56,465 bases of DNA from a virus (lineage: Duplodnaviria > Caudoviricetes), in the IMG/VR virus record IMGVR_UViG_3300032093_012241, positions 1 through 56,465 of that record; one strand, written 5' to 3'. A program made the position numbers and the translations under genes. Shown piece by piece: positions 46,827 through 56,465 of this stretch (its first letter is position 1; the number at the start of each line of letters is the position of its first letter). The notes under the pieces are model-generated. The model searched no databases and had not been told where the DNA came from. It saw only the letters and a program-made list of their open reading frames with translations.

Positions 46827-49800
46827 TTATCCTACTAATTCTTCAGTATCAATCCATTTAGTTGTAAATCTATCAAAAGCGCTAGCCCCTTGTTTCAATC
46901 CAAAATAAAAGTAAAAAGGAGCCCCTAAATTATAATCATTCGGTGTTCCAAATCCAGGTTCAGGGCTATAATTTGCTTCACCTGTGGCTGAATTTGTCAC
47001 ATTTGTATCCACATTATAAATCCAACCCTTATTATAATTTATAATATTTACATTATTTGGTTTATACATTTTAGTATCAGTATAGGGCGCTAATCTATCC
47101 AAACCTTGATAATTGTAAGACCATACATTTTTACTCCAGTCATTTGACTGAGTTCCAAATATATTTGTATTTGTAGGGTTAAATTTTATTTCCCATAAAT
47201 AAAATGGAACAAATTGCGTTTTTAAAGGTATATAACTGTAAGCACATTTACTACCTATTTGTCCAAAAGGATCATAAACTATTCTATTTGGAGATACATA
47301 GTCTCTACTTTGCGAATCTCCTGTATAAAAAATACCAAAAACAATATCATCTCTATTACCATTATCAGGATTAATTGGAAAATATAATGATGATCTACTT
47401 ACTGTATCAGCAGTACTTGGTTCGGGATAATCCTCAGGATCATAATCAGAAATACCAAATTGAGAGTTTGTGGCCACCATCTGCGCAAAATCAGCGTCAA
47501 CAAATTTTTCAGGTCGTGTATTGAAAAAATTAAGGATACTAGCACCTTTTTGTGATTTAAAAAACTTAGTAAATGAAGTGTTTGCTAATCTTGATAAAAC
47601 GAAAATATTTAATAAATTAGATGTGTCGCCAAATGTTGTTGAATTTAATTTATTCATTATATATCCATCCCAATTACCACTTTGAGATAAAAACTTTTGG
47701 AGTTCATCTCTAGGCCCAAGATCCATAATTGTTGTCGGATACATTAAATTTGTACCATTTCCTACCGTTTTGCCTCTTATTTTAGTACCATCTCTACCAA
47801 ATTTTTTTGAAGTATCATTATAAGGGGCGCTTCTATAATAGAAATTAAATGTTTCTGGATGTAAATACACGGTATCTTTACAGAATTTATTATATGGTTG
47901 ATTTGGTGGATTTTCATTGATCCCTGTGAAATACCTTGTATTTCTAAATGGAAACATATATAATGTACCATTTATCCAATTATTAACAAATAAATGAGAA
48001 AACACTTCTCTACAAGCACCAAAATTTATATTCATTCTTGCAAACCATTCATTAACTAAATCTAAATCGTTTCTTACATTTTGTTTCTGTAAAAATGGGG
48101 GTCTTACCAATGAATAGCAAGATCCTTGTATGAAATATTGAGTTCGATTATCACGTCCATCTCTACTGAATGTCACAAATTGACAAGTCCCACTAGGTTC
48201 AACAGTAACTTTATCTAATTTGGTATCACCTTTATAACATTGAATTGGTACTAATGAACCGCATGAGAATGTATTTAATAAATTAGCAATAGAATTTTGA
48301 GTTTCTCCTGATTCAGGTATTTCAGGTTCATTTACAACAAAAGGAAATGCCGGAGTTTCTAATCCTGCGTTTACAATACCACCTTCTGGTAATTCATAAA
48401 TTTGAAATCTACCATTTGTCATTAAACCCATACTGTTTTGCCCAAATGTTTGCAATCCGTCAGAAGTCGGTAATCTGTCAGATCTAAAAACAATTCTTTG
48501 TGAATCATTCATTGTGAATTTATTATCATCAGGAATTAAACTACATTTTGGTTCATACTTTCTTGACCAATAAATTGGTGTTAGTTTTGCTCTTCTACAA
48601 AAGAAATCTGAAGATGAACATTGATTGAAATTAGGCCATCCAACAATCATCATAAAACCAATTCCTTCTACACACTCATTTGGTATGTAACCTGCTTCAC
48701 CATTAGATGCGACTGTATTAGCACCACGTCTAGCAAAATAATTATCAATATGAATTCTTAAGCCTTTACCATTACTGTTTGAAACATAACTATAAAAATT
48801 TAGATTATTATTTATAGAATTTAATCCAGGATAATTTGGTATCTGTGATATTGGAAACGATCCAAAATCGGATTCTGATGTTGCAATATAATTATAAATT
48901 GATGTGGATTTGAATTGTTTCCATTGCAAAATAGAAGGACTAAAATGATATGATGGATGGAATAATCTCCTTCCAGCATAACTATCATTTATGATTGTGT
49001 TGTTACAAGTATTGTGTTTTGTACATCTTAATGCGTTTGATGTTGCTAAATTATTGGATAATGTTGTACCTGCAACACCAAATTCTAGATTATCATTAGG
49101 TTGTAGAGGTATATTCATCTTAAAATTACCTGTCACAGTATACCCCCAATGATTTTGGTCACCAAATATTCTGCCTAACCCTATTTTCATTGGTTGCGGT
49201 GTTGAATGCGGATCCACACCTCTCATTAAAATAGTTATATAAGTCGAATCTTTATTTTCGTAATTATCCCACGCATTGTATGAACTCCAATCAGAATCTC
49301 CTTGGACAGGTACTGATCTCATTAAAGAATAATTCTGGCTGAACGCTCCTCTTAAAGCTCTTTTGTCCAAACTATTAGAAATCATATCATCAGATGGATA
49401 TGGCATATCTTTGACTAATCTTGATTCTATAACTTGAAAGTATTCTATATCTGTAGGATATCTTAAATATCTATTTTCATCTTCGCTCGATCCTGAAATT
49501 TTGTATTTTGTTATTAATCTAGCACCTGTTATTGGATGGGTATGAGATACGTTTATTTGTGTTTCACCTGTATTGATTGGCGTGCCAGTTATAGAAAAAG
49601 TATCGTAATCATTTTTTGTTTGACCCGATAAATTCAGATCGTTGAATTTGGTTGGATTCTCAAAAGTTAACAATGTTCCTTTTTGATAAACTTCTTCTGT
49701 CAGAATAACCACAACATTGTCATAATGAAATCCTCTATTTTCTAAAGATGTTGTCAATAATTGTGTTCGTTGGTAAAGATTTCCTGATTTTACAAAATCA

Positions 49801-52028
49801 GTATTAGTGTCAGGTGCGTTTAAATTTTCATTAAAACAAACTTTTATCTGATTTACTCCACCCCCTAAAGATCTGTTACCTAACCAATTTAAAGGAGATT
49901 CCTGAGATTGATTAATTCGGTCGGTATTAAGACCTGATCCAAAAAATTTAGCCCTTGAATTAAATAGGTTTATTCTTTCTGAAATAGGTAATGAAAACGT
50001 ACCGAATGCAAATTCTGTTAAAGCGCCATTAGAGTCTGCGGTACTAAAAGTTATTGGTAAAGTTGCTCTGAAGCCAAATGATAATGTCTGATCGTTTCTT
50101 TGAGACCCCGCCCCTATTTGTTGAAAAACTTCAGTAAAATCATTACCATTAGGATCTGGATTTGAATTTAACAAGAAAGAGTCTGCGTTTATGACATCTG
50201 ATAATGGACTATTATTAATAAAATTACTTTGCTCTGAAAATGAAGCAATTCCTGGTTGCGCTTGATTTACAGTATCTTTACAACTACAAATTTCGCAGTC
50301 TGGAAAACTATATAGAGGAAGATTAAAATTAGCAATATTACTTAATACTTCTTTCATATTATTTATAAACCTTCCAACTTTAACAACTTTATTAATTTTT
50401 TCCAAAACATTTATTATTATTTCTACAATTCTTGCAACAACATGTAATATTCTTACCAATATTTTAATTAGTGGCAACATAATAAACATTAATATTGTGA
50501 ATAAAATAAAAATAAAATCAGTTTTATATTGTCCATCATTTGAAGGAAACTTATAATTTTCACTATCACATTCAGTGTCAGTTATAGACTTTATTGCGGA
50601 AAATCTATTTTTCAAAGTTCCTTTGGTGTATCTTGTAATTAACTGAGAAACCGTATATACTTTGTTATACGACATCTCATAAAAAGTATCTTTACAGTCA
50701 ATAGCATCTTGGATCATTTGCTGTCCATTTGGAGTTATACCTGAATAACCGTAATCATTCCAGTCTAAACTGAATGCATAAGATGATTTTAATAATTGAT
50801 AATCTTGGTTATTGAATGAATCATTTATTGGATCATAAGATGGTCTTGTCCATCCGTGTTCCTTAACATTAGGCACTAAAAAACTTGCTCTTTTTACAGG
50901 TGCTGATAAGTCAGGTGTTTGATTCCATTTTATCTTGAACCTATATTTCGCCTTAGTAGGAATTCCTTTTTTGGTGTCATTTGAAAATATCTGTTCTCCG
51001 AATTCATTGGTCACAATATAATCTAAATTCATTGGTACGTCCAAAAGCCAAGTTCCATTTTCATCAATAACATTACCATTATTTTCTAATTCAAGTACTT
51101 CTAAAATTGGCTTACCTGAATTGTCTTGTCTAATAGTATGTCTTATCGCTAATATTTGACCCGGTGCCGCAACCAAAGAACACATATTCCCTGCTTTAAG
51201 CCTTGGTTTGCAATTTTTTTTGATTGTGTTTCTATCACTATCAGAAAAAATTGATCCCATAAATATTGCTGTTGGTTTTATTTCAACTTGTAATTCATTT
51301 GTTAGATCAAAATCTGTTCTTGTTATTGATGATTGGCATAAATCCTGTTCGCCCCATAATGGTTCGACTATAATATCCTTTGATAATGTTATTATCTGAG
51401 GAAGAATACTTATATTTTCTGAGGTTTTAAATTTTGTACCATTAACTTGGCTATCAGTCGCAATTCCTAATCTTATTAAATCTTGCGGCGATAATGAAAA
51501 TGGACCTATGTCTGACAAATCAACATTCATAACTAATGTCTGACTACCAACAGGAACGCCAAATATCATAAAGTCCCCACTGTCATTTGTAGTCACAGTG
51601 AATTTATAATACTTATCATAAATTTCAATCGCTGTAGGATTAATAAGAACATCCTCTAAATCAGGAAATGAACCTGTTGCCGCATGTCCAGGATAAGAAG
51701 GTTTATAAGGTAGTAAATTATACTTATAACCATCTTCATTTATATCATCCACAGTTTTATAAGGATATATTGCACTTATTATAGGATTTAATTCGTCCTG
51801 CTGCGTTATAGGAATAAAAATTGATAATTTTGCGTTTGGAACACCAAAACCATTATTGATTGAAACTCTTCCAACAACGACTCCATAATCAGAACATTGT
51901 CTAACATACAATTCTGATTGAGATAATTTTAAAGATAGAATTTCTAAAAATTCAAAATCTTGATCTAAATTAACATCTAATTTTTTATCAACGCCGACTT
52001 GCGTTCTTATCCTATATGATTTTGGCAT
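46827..52028 (-). CDS. Large baseplate-associated protein
   Basis: 1733 aa after the wedge gene; N-terminal beta-sandwich-like GVVVGRV..VPNAKL..TTNDSGDFMIFGVPVG; internal hydrophobic helix. Confidence 0.7.
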   Translation of the reverse strand: MPKSYRIRTQVGVDKKLDVNLDQDFEFLEILSLKLSQSELYVRQCSDYGVVVGRVSINNGFGVPNAKLSIFIPITQQDELNPIISAIYPYKTVDDINEDGYKYNLLPYKPSYPGHAATGSFPDLEDVLINPTAIEIYDKYYKFTVTTNDSGDFMIFGVPVGSQTLVMNVDLSDIGPFSLSPQDLIRLGIATDSQVNGTKFKTSENISILPQIITLSKDIIVEPLWGEQDLCQSSITRTDFDLTNELQVEIKPTAIFMGSIFSDSDRNTIKKNCKPRLKAGNMCSLVAAPGQILAIRHTIRQDNSGKPILEVLELENNGNVIDENGTWLLDVPMNLDYIVTNEFGEQIFSNDTKKGIPTKAKYRFKIKWNQTPDLSAPVKRASFLVPNVKEHGWTRPSYDPINDSFNNQDYQLLKSSYAFSLDWNDYGYSGITPNGQQMIQDAIDCKDTFYEMSYNKVYTVSQLITRYTKGTLKNRFSAIKSITDTECDSENYKFPSNDGQYKTDFIFILFTILMFIMLPLIKILVRILHVVARIVEIIINVLEKINKVVKVGRFINNMKEVLSNIANFNLPLYSFPDCEICSCKDTVNQAQPGIASFSEQSNFINNSPLSDVINADSFLLNSNPDPNGNDFTEVFQQIGAGSQRNDQTLSFGFRATLPITFSTADSNGALTEFAFGTFSLPISERINLFNSRAKFFGSGLNTDRINQSQESPLNWLGNRSLGGGVNQIKVCFNENLNAPDTNTDFVKSGNLYQRTQLLTTSLENRGFHYDNVVVILTEEVYQKGTLLTFENPTKFNDLNLSGQTKNDYDTFSITGTPINTGETQINVSHTHPITGARLITKYKISGSSEDENRYLRYPTDIEYFQVIESRLVKDMPYPSDDMISNSLDKRALRGAFSQNYSLMRSVPVQGDSDWSSYNAWDNYENKDSTYITILMRGVDPHSTPQPMKIGLGRIFGDQNHWGYTVTGNFKMNIPLQPNDNLEFGVAGTTLSNNLATSNALRCTKHNTCNNTIINDSYAGRRLFHPSYHFSPSILQWKQFKSTSIYNYIATSESDFGSFPISQIPNYPGLNSINNNLNFYSYVSNSNGKGLRIHIDNYFARRGANTVASNGEAGYIPNECVEGIGFMMIVGWPNFNQCSSSDFFCRRAKLTPIYWSRKYEPKCSLIPDDNKFTMNDSQRIVFRSDRLPTSDGLQTFGQNSMGLMTNGRFQIYELPEGGIVNAGLETPAFPFVVNEPEIPESGETQNSIANLLNTFSCGSLVPIQCYKGDTKLDKVTVEPSGTCQFVTFSRDGRDNRTQYFIQGSCYSLVRPPFLQKQNVRNDLDLVNEWFARMNINFGACREVFSHLFVNNWINGTLYMFPFRNTRYFTGINENPPNQPYNKFCKDTVYLHPETFNFYYRSAPYNDTSKKFGRDGTKIRGKTVGNGTNLMYPTTIMDLGPRDELQKFLSQSGNWDGYIMNKLNSTTFGDTSNLLNIFVLSRLANTSFTKFFKSQKGASILNFFNTRPEKFVDADFAQMVATNSQFGISDYDPEDYPEPSTADTVSRSSLYFPINPDNGNRDDIVFGIFYTGDSQSRDYVSPNRIVYDPFGQIGSKCAYSYIPLKTQFVPFYLWEIKFNPTNTNIFGTQSNDWSKNVWSYNYQGLDRLAPYTDTKMYKPNNVNIINYNKGWIYNVDTNVTNSATGEANYSPEPGFGTPNDYNLGAPFYFYFGLKQGASAFDRFTTKWIDTEELVG

Positions 52029-52042
52029 TTACAACTTTTTGA

Positions 52043-52049
52043 ATAAATA
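52043..52049 (-). promoter_or_regulatory. TATTTAT box
   Basis: 14 nt upstream of the ATG at 52028. Confidence 0.6.
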
Positions 52050-52099
52050 GTTTATATTCTATTTTCAAAAATAGTTGATCACACTTAAAAATAAATTAA

Positions 52100-53938
52100 T
52101 TAACCGAAATTGACCGTTTTAAGGTTTTTAACCCTAACTGAAACGTCTTTATTTGGAAATCTAACTTGATATATTTGAACCGGCTCTGCAAATATCGTAT
52201 CATCGATTAGTTGAATTTGTCTTGTTTGAGTATCGGAATATCTTTGAGAAGTTTGAGAAGACGAATATTGACCTCCAATCAAATTAAAAACATCCACTTG
52301 TGCAATTGAAATCACTCCATTTAAGTTTTGAATATTTTTCTTAATCTCTGCGACATAAACATTTTCACCCATCTCTCTATTTGATGGTGAAAAATAATTT
52401 GAAACAATATCAACAATCTGTGTTATTATTGTACCTTGATTCTGACTTGAATCTAAAACTACATATATATCAAATTTCAAATCTACAACTTGAGCGCTTT
52501 CTACAACAACATAATCATTTATCATTCTATAATTTGATAGGTAATTTGCGAGATTTGTTTTAAGTGTATTTGATATAAAATTTGTTAACTTTCCTGACGA
52601 ATCATAAGATAAACATTGTATTCTAATTTTATTATCTTGTTCTGTAATTGCTACTTTTGCCGGAGCTCCAAATTGTGATGGCATATTTCTGATTATTGAT
52701 TCGTAATCATTTACTGTTACAGCTCTTTTTTGCGCAGCAAAATTAAATGAAACATAATTTCTAACTTCCTCTACCGATGGTACATTTGCTCCTCCAATAG
52801 CGGCGGTTGTATTCGTACAACTTAATGAATTAATAACAGAAGTATTTTGAGTTTGTGAAGGGCCATTAACTGCAAAATTTATAGTTCCTAATTGAGTTAT
52901 GACATTAACACCAACATTTGATGAAATACCTCCACCTATTCTATATTGAACAAATAAAGTTGAATTGGCCTTTAAAGTACTACCTAAGGCAAAATTATTT
53001 GAATATTTTTGTAAATTAAGTGGATTTCCTGTTGAAGCAAATTCTCTTAACTGCTCTTCAGAAGATTGATTTCCTCCTCCGAATGTCATTTTGAAAAAAC
53101 TTTCAGGGGTAAATTCTGTTATAAACTTATTGTTTGTTGATATGTATTTCCCCACCTTTATACCAGGTTGATCTGAAACTTTTGTAGGGTCTTCAACAAA
53201 TACCTTATCTTGTATTAAAGCATCAACTTCATACCATCTATTTGCTCTTCCTAAGAATTCTTGATCTGATGGTATATTTGCATATTGCGTTCCGTCTTTT
53301 AATAAAACACTAGTTACTCCTAATACATTTTTTTCAGGTAAAAATATTTCAAAAAATGGAAAAACATCATTTGGTAAAATAGTTCTTTTAAATACCTTTG
53401 TTATTCCATTAACCACAGTTTCTCTTTTTGTTATAGTATAATTTAATATTTTACCATTCGGATCAAAGTTTGGAACTTTTGTTCTATTTGGAAACCCTTC
53501 GTTATTGAACGGTGATGAAAAATCAATATCATAAACAGTTTCAAAAACTTGCCCTGCACCAACACATTGCGATCCTCTCCTTAATATACCACAATATCTA
53601 ATATCTTCTTTATCACCAAATGCCGGAACAATAATTGAAAAATCAACCAATGCCACTGATGGTCTTTGACCTGGTATTTTTAACCCGTATGTTCTTGCTA
53701 TGTTATAGATAGACGATCTTTGCTGAGCATATTGTAGAACGGTCTCTTGAATACTTCTGTCTATTTGAAATTGTAGGTTATCTGAAATGGCGGCATTTAA
53801 ATCAAGTAACACAGAGAAAACTGAAGCGTCATTAACATTGGATAGTAAATCAGGATAATATGTTTTGACAAAATTTATTAATTCGGTCCTAATTGATTGG
53901 AAATCTCTTGTTGTGTATGATATTTTTTTATTTGCCAT
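52100..53938 (-). CDS. Baseplate wedge subunit (T4 gp6 / baseplate J-like)
   Basis: YTTRDFQSIRTELI, YRIGGG..NV, GGA..SVEEVR, QKRAVTVNDY. Confidence 0.9.
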   Translation of the reverse strand: MANKKISYTTRDFQSIRTELINFVKTYYPDLLSNVNDASVFSVLLDLNAAISDNLQFQIDRSIQETVLQYAQQRSSIYNIARTYGLKIPGQRPSVALVDFSIIVPAFGDKEDIRYCGILRRGSQCVGAGQVFETVYDIDFSSPFNNEGFPNRTKVPNFDPNGKILNYTITKRETVVNGITKVFKRTILPNDVFPFFEIFLPEKNVLGVTSVLLKDGTQYANIPSDQEFLGRANRWYEVDALIQDKVFVEDPTKVSDQPGIKVGKYISTNNKFITEFTPESFFKMTFGGGNQSSEEQLREFASTGNPLNLQKYSNNFALGSTLKANSTLFVQYRIGGGISSNVGVNVITQLGTINFAVNGPSQTQNTSVINSLSCTNTTAAIGGANVPSVEEVRNYVSFNFAAQKRAVTVNDYESIIRNMPSQFGAPAKVAITEQDNKIRIQCLSYDSSGKLTNFISNTLKTNLANYLSNYRMINDYVVVESAQVVDLKFDIYVVLDSSQNQGTIITQIVDIVSNYFSPSNREMGENVYVAEIKKNIQNLNGVISIAQVDVFNLIGGQYSSSQTSQRYSDTQTRQIQLIDDTIFAEPVQIYQVRFPNKDVSVRVKNLKTVNFG

Positions 53939-53942
53939 ACTA

Positions 53943-54398
53943 TTAAATATTAATTATTATGAAATTACTTGATTGAAATACATTTGTGGTTATTACATAA
54001 TCTAGTTTAACTCTTGCAGTGTGTTCTTTTGTTCCTGCACCTGGTAATCTATATACCCTATCGTCACCACTTGCAACCCTTATTTCTTCGGTTTCTTCTG
54101 TTGAAGCGTCGTATACAGTTATTGAGGTTACTTTTAAATTTGGTATATATCTTTTTATTGATTCCCTGATTTCAGCTTCTATTTCTGAAAAACTTGTCCC
54201 ATCCATAGGTTCAAAAATGTATTCCAACAATCTTGTACCAAAATCAGGTAAAAAATATCTTGTTCCTTTTCTTGTTAATAATAGATGAATAAGGTCTGTC
54301 CTTATCTCTTCGTCAATTGTGTCAGATAAATCTAAATATCTTCCGTCAAATGAATCTCTAAAAGGAAAATTAATTCCATATGTTACCGGATTTGCCAT
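53943..54398 (-). CDS. Baseplate wedge subunit (T4 gp25-like)
   Basis: LLLTRKGTRYFLPDFGTRLLEYIFEP. Confidence 0.9.
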   Translation of the reverse strand: MANPVTYGINFPFRDSFDGRYLDLSDTIDEEIRTDLIHLLLTRKGTRYFLPDFGTRLLEYIFEPMDGTSFSEIEAEIRESIKRYIPNLKVTSITVYDASTEETEEIRVASGDDRVYRLPGAGTKEHTARVKLDYVITTNVFQSSNFIIINI

Positions 54399-54415
54399 AT
54401 GTTATAAATATATGG
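54395..54415 (-). promoter_or_regulatory. TATTTAT box in the loop of a start-codon hairpin
   Basis: CCATAT (54395-54400) / ATATGG (54410-54415); ATAAATA at 54404-54410. Confidence 0.55.
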
Positions 54416-54417
54416 TT

Positions 54418-55044
54418 TTAAATTTTCTGTTCTGTTATGTCATAATAATAACTATCAGTATCTTCTGATACCCACTTATCCGAAATTGTTTCAACCGAGG
54501 GTAATTGATAATCAACCTTTATATCTTTTAAATCCATCGGAAAATCTTTTGTTATCCAATTTGAGTCCTTCCAAAAAATTCTATTGTTAGGTTGGCAAAG
54601 TAAATACCCATCATCTGCGACCAAGATATGACCGCATTTATAATCTGATGGTTCATCTGAATACGAATTTTTAAACCAATCAACTGTCATTAAATATGTA
54701 GCCCAAACTTTATCACCATTTCTTAAAACAACTTGACATCTTTTTTCGTGTAAGTGGTCATACACTATAACTGAAACATTTTCCGAAAAACAATCCCATA
54801 ATTGTTTAAAATGAAAAGGTATATCTTTTTTTGGTTCTTTCAAAAAAATTTCAGAAATAGGAACTCTTGACCTTAACATTCCATAATCTGTCATAATATG
54901 AAATGTTAATATTTTTCCTGAGATAGATTGTATCGCGAATGCATATGCGTTATGAAATATATTTGAATCTTTTTCATTTTTAGTAAAGTGTGAAACCCTT
55001 ACCAAACATTTAAAAAAATTAATGTTGTGATTCAAAACATTCAT
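54418..55044 (-). CDS. Hypothetical phage protein
   Basis: 208 aa; QLWDCFS and QPNNRI motifs. Confidence 0.75.
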   Translation of the reverse strand: MNVLNHNINFFKCLVRVSHFTKNEKDSNIFHNAYAFAIQSISGKILTFHIMTDYGMLRSRVPISEIFLKEPKKDIPFHFKQLWDCFSENVSVIVYDHLHEKRCQVVLRNGDKVWATYLMTVDWFKNSYSDEPSDYKCGHILVADDGYLLCQPNNRIFWKDSNWITKDFPMDLKDIKVDYQLPSVETISDKWVSEDTDSYYYDITEQKI

Positions 55045-55057
55045 AACTAAATTATTT

Positions 55058-56465
55058 TTATGATGAACATCCGAAACAATCCACTAGACTATTTTCAGGT
55101 TTAGGAGGTAAATTCATTTTACTATAATCAATTTCAGGTAAAGGTTGCGGTTTCACTTCTTGACTTATATCTACAGCCAAATGCTTTGCTCCTGTTGAGA
55201 TAGCCTTTGTTCTTACATAATAACAAAGTGTTTTTAGTCCGTTTTCCCAAGCCCTAAAGTGAGATGACGTAATTTTAGATACCGTAGGATTTGATAAATA
55301 TATGTTCATAGATTGTGATTGGTCAATAAATGGAGCTCTATCGGTTGCCATATCAATCAAATCTTTTTGAGATATCTCCCAAATCGTTTTGTATTTCTTT
55401 AAAAGATGTTCAATTCTTTTGACTTTTTTGTTGTAATTTTTATCCTCAACATCCAAATATTTGTTGAAATTAATTGATTGAACTGATCCTTCATTGATGA
55501 TAATTTCATTTTTTATTTGTTCATTCCACAGACCAATTTTTTCAAAATCATTGATTAAATACTTATTGACAATCATAATTTCACCACCAACAACTCTACG
55601 ATTAAACAAAGCAGAATGTGCTGGTTCTGTCATTTCATAAGATCCTGTGATTTTTGCTGATGACGCTACTGGCATTTGAGCTGTTGTAAGTGAATTACAC
55701 ACACCCCAAAACTCAACCTCTTTTTTTAACGTATTCCAATCCCACATTCCCGATAAATCATTTTCACTTAATCCCCACATATTAAATTGAAACACTCCTT
55801 GTGACATTGGTGATCCTTTAAAGAAGTCGTATGGTTTATAAAGCGCTCTCCTACATAAATCATTTGATTCATATATAGCCCCATAATATATGGTTTCAAA
55901 AATTTGTTTATTTAATTTTCTTGCTTCTTCTGACGTGAATTCATAATCCAATAAATAAAACACATCAGCCAACCCTTGAGTTCCAATTCCAATTGCCCTC
56001 TGCTCTAAACCACCTTTTCTACCCTTTTCAGTAGAATAAAAATTAATATCAATCACTTTATTTAAAGCTCTGACAATTTTTCTAGTTTGTTCAAATAACT
56101 TTTGAAAGTTGAACTTACCATCCTCAATAAAATTCTTTAGAATTAGAGATGATAAGGTACATATAGCGGTTGTTTGTTCGTCTGTATATTGATAAATTTC
56201 ATTACACAGATTTGATTGTTTTATTACACCAATGTTTTGATGGTTGGTTTTTTTGTTTGCGTTATCTTTAGAACATAAATAAGGAACACCTGTTTCAATT
56301 TGAGATTCAATTATTTTATACCAAAGTTCTTGAGCACTTACTTTTTTTCCTAAACCTAAGCTAACCGCCTTATTGTAATTTTGTTCATATTCTTCACCGT
56401 AACATTCTTGCAAAGGTTTGATACCCGATTTTAATATGTCATCAGGACAGAAAAGATACCAAGGT
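55058..56465 (-). CDS. nrdA: Ribonucleotide reductase class Ia alpha subunit (5'-truncated by the window)
   Basis: QSNLCNEI, FIDQSQS, GLKTLCYY, C-terminal CFGC; the frame continues past the window edge. Confidence 0.95.
   Translation of the reverse strand, partial: PWYLFCPDDILKSGIKPLQECYGEEYEQNYNKAVSLGLGKKVSAQELWYKIIESQIETGVPYLCSKDNANKKTNHQNIGVIKQSNLCNEIYQYTDEQTTAICTLSSLILKNFIEDGKFNFQKLFEQTRKIVRALNKVIDINFYSTEKGRKGGLEQRAIGIGTQGLADVFYLLDYEFTSEEARKLNKQIFETIYYGAIYESNDLCRRALYKPYDFFKGSPMSQGVFQFNMWGLSENDLSGMWDWNTLKKEVEFWGVCNSLTTAQMPVASSAKITGSYEMTEPAHSALFNRRVVGGEIMIVNKYLINDFEKIGLWNEQIKNEIIINEGSVQSINFNKYLDVEDKNYNKKVKRIEHLLKKYKTIWEISQKDLIDMATDRAPFIDQSQSMNIYLSNPTVSKITSSHFRAWENGLKTLCYYVRTKAISTGAKHLAVDISQEVKPQPLPEIDYSKMNLPPKPENSLVDCFGCSS

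Noticed and set aside
32132-52028. Diversity-generating retroelement acting on fibre genes
   Set aside because: No reverse transcriptase and no adenine-mismatched repeat pair noticed; a self-alignment would be needed to exclude it fully
52036-52071. Imperfect inverted repeat overlapping a TATTTAT box
   Set aside because: Bulged and almost all A/T; cannot be called a terminator
55041-55063. TCATAA/TTATGA stem over the start at 55044
   Set aside because: Six AU-rich pairs, expected by chance at this composition
1-56465. Alternative genetic code (stop codon reassignment)
   Set aside because: Long intact ORFs tile the window under the standard code
1-56465. Short antisense ORFs in the track (e.g. 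5276-5587, 20645-21118, 24389-24808, 34653-35066)
   Set aside because: They lie opposite well-supported genes and have no motifs or promoters; treated as shadow ORFs
1-56465. Bacterial chromosome or eukaryotic giant virus origin (DnaJ, thioredoxin, LRR, nrdA)
   Set aside because: Baseplate gp6/gp25, gp46/47, sigma70 and bacterial promoters fit a large bacteriophage
55058-56465. Intein or intron in nrdA
   Set aside because: Catalytic and C-terminal motifs are contiguous with normal spacing in the visible part

Overview
AT-rich (roughly 30% GC by eye), densely coded, mostly minus-strand fragment of a large (jumbo-type) tailed dsDNA phage using the standard genetic code. It carries T4-like gp25 and gp6 baseplate wedge genes with a long block of Cys/Thr-rich tail and baseplate proteins, class Ia nrdA (partial), thioredoxin, glutaredoxin, SbcCD (gp46/47), primase, RuvC, a PD-(D/E)XK exonuclease, DnaJ, a sigma70 factor, an Hc1-like protein, a Dam-family MTase, a probable lysis cassette and a four-gene split helicase/MTase module. 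The host is probably Bacteroidota: TAnnTTTG promoters, no Shine-Dalgarno sites, Gln after signal peptides, SprB-like repeats and a T9SS-cargo-like protein. Best leads: (1) genes sharing an upstream TATTTAT box whose products have amphipathic N-terminal leaders ending in Glu, including two LRR paralogs and modular polyproteins, a candidate capsid-packaged, protease-processed effector system; (2) start-codon-sequestering hairpins at expression-class boundaries; (3) the split R-M-like module; (4) an unannotated ArfA-like small ORF. No tRNA, rRNA, CRISPR array, integrase, transposase or reverse transcriptase was seen. All family assignments come from motif recognition, not database searches.
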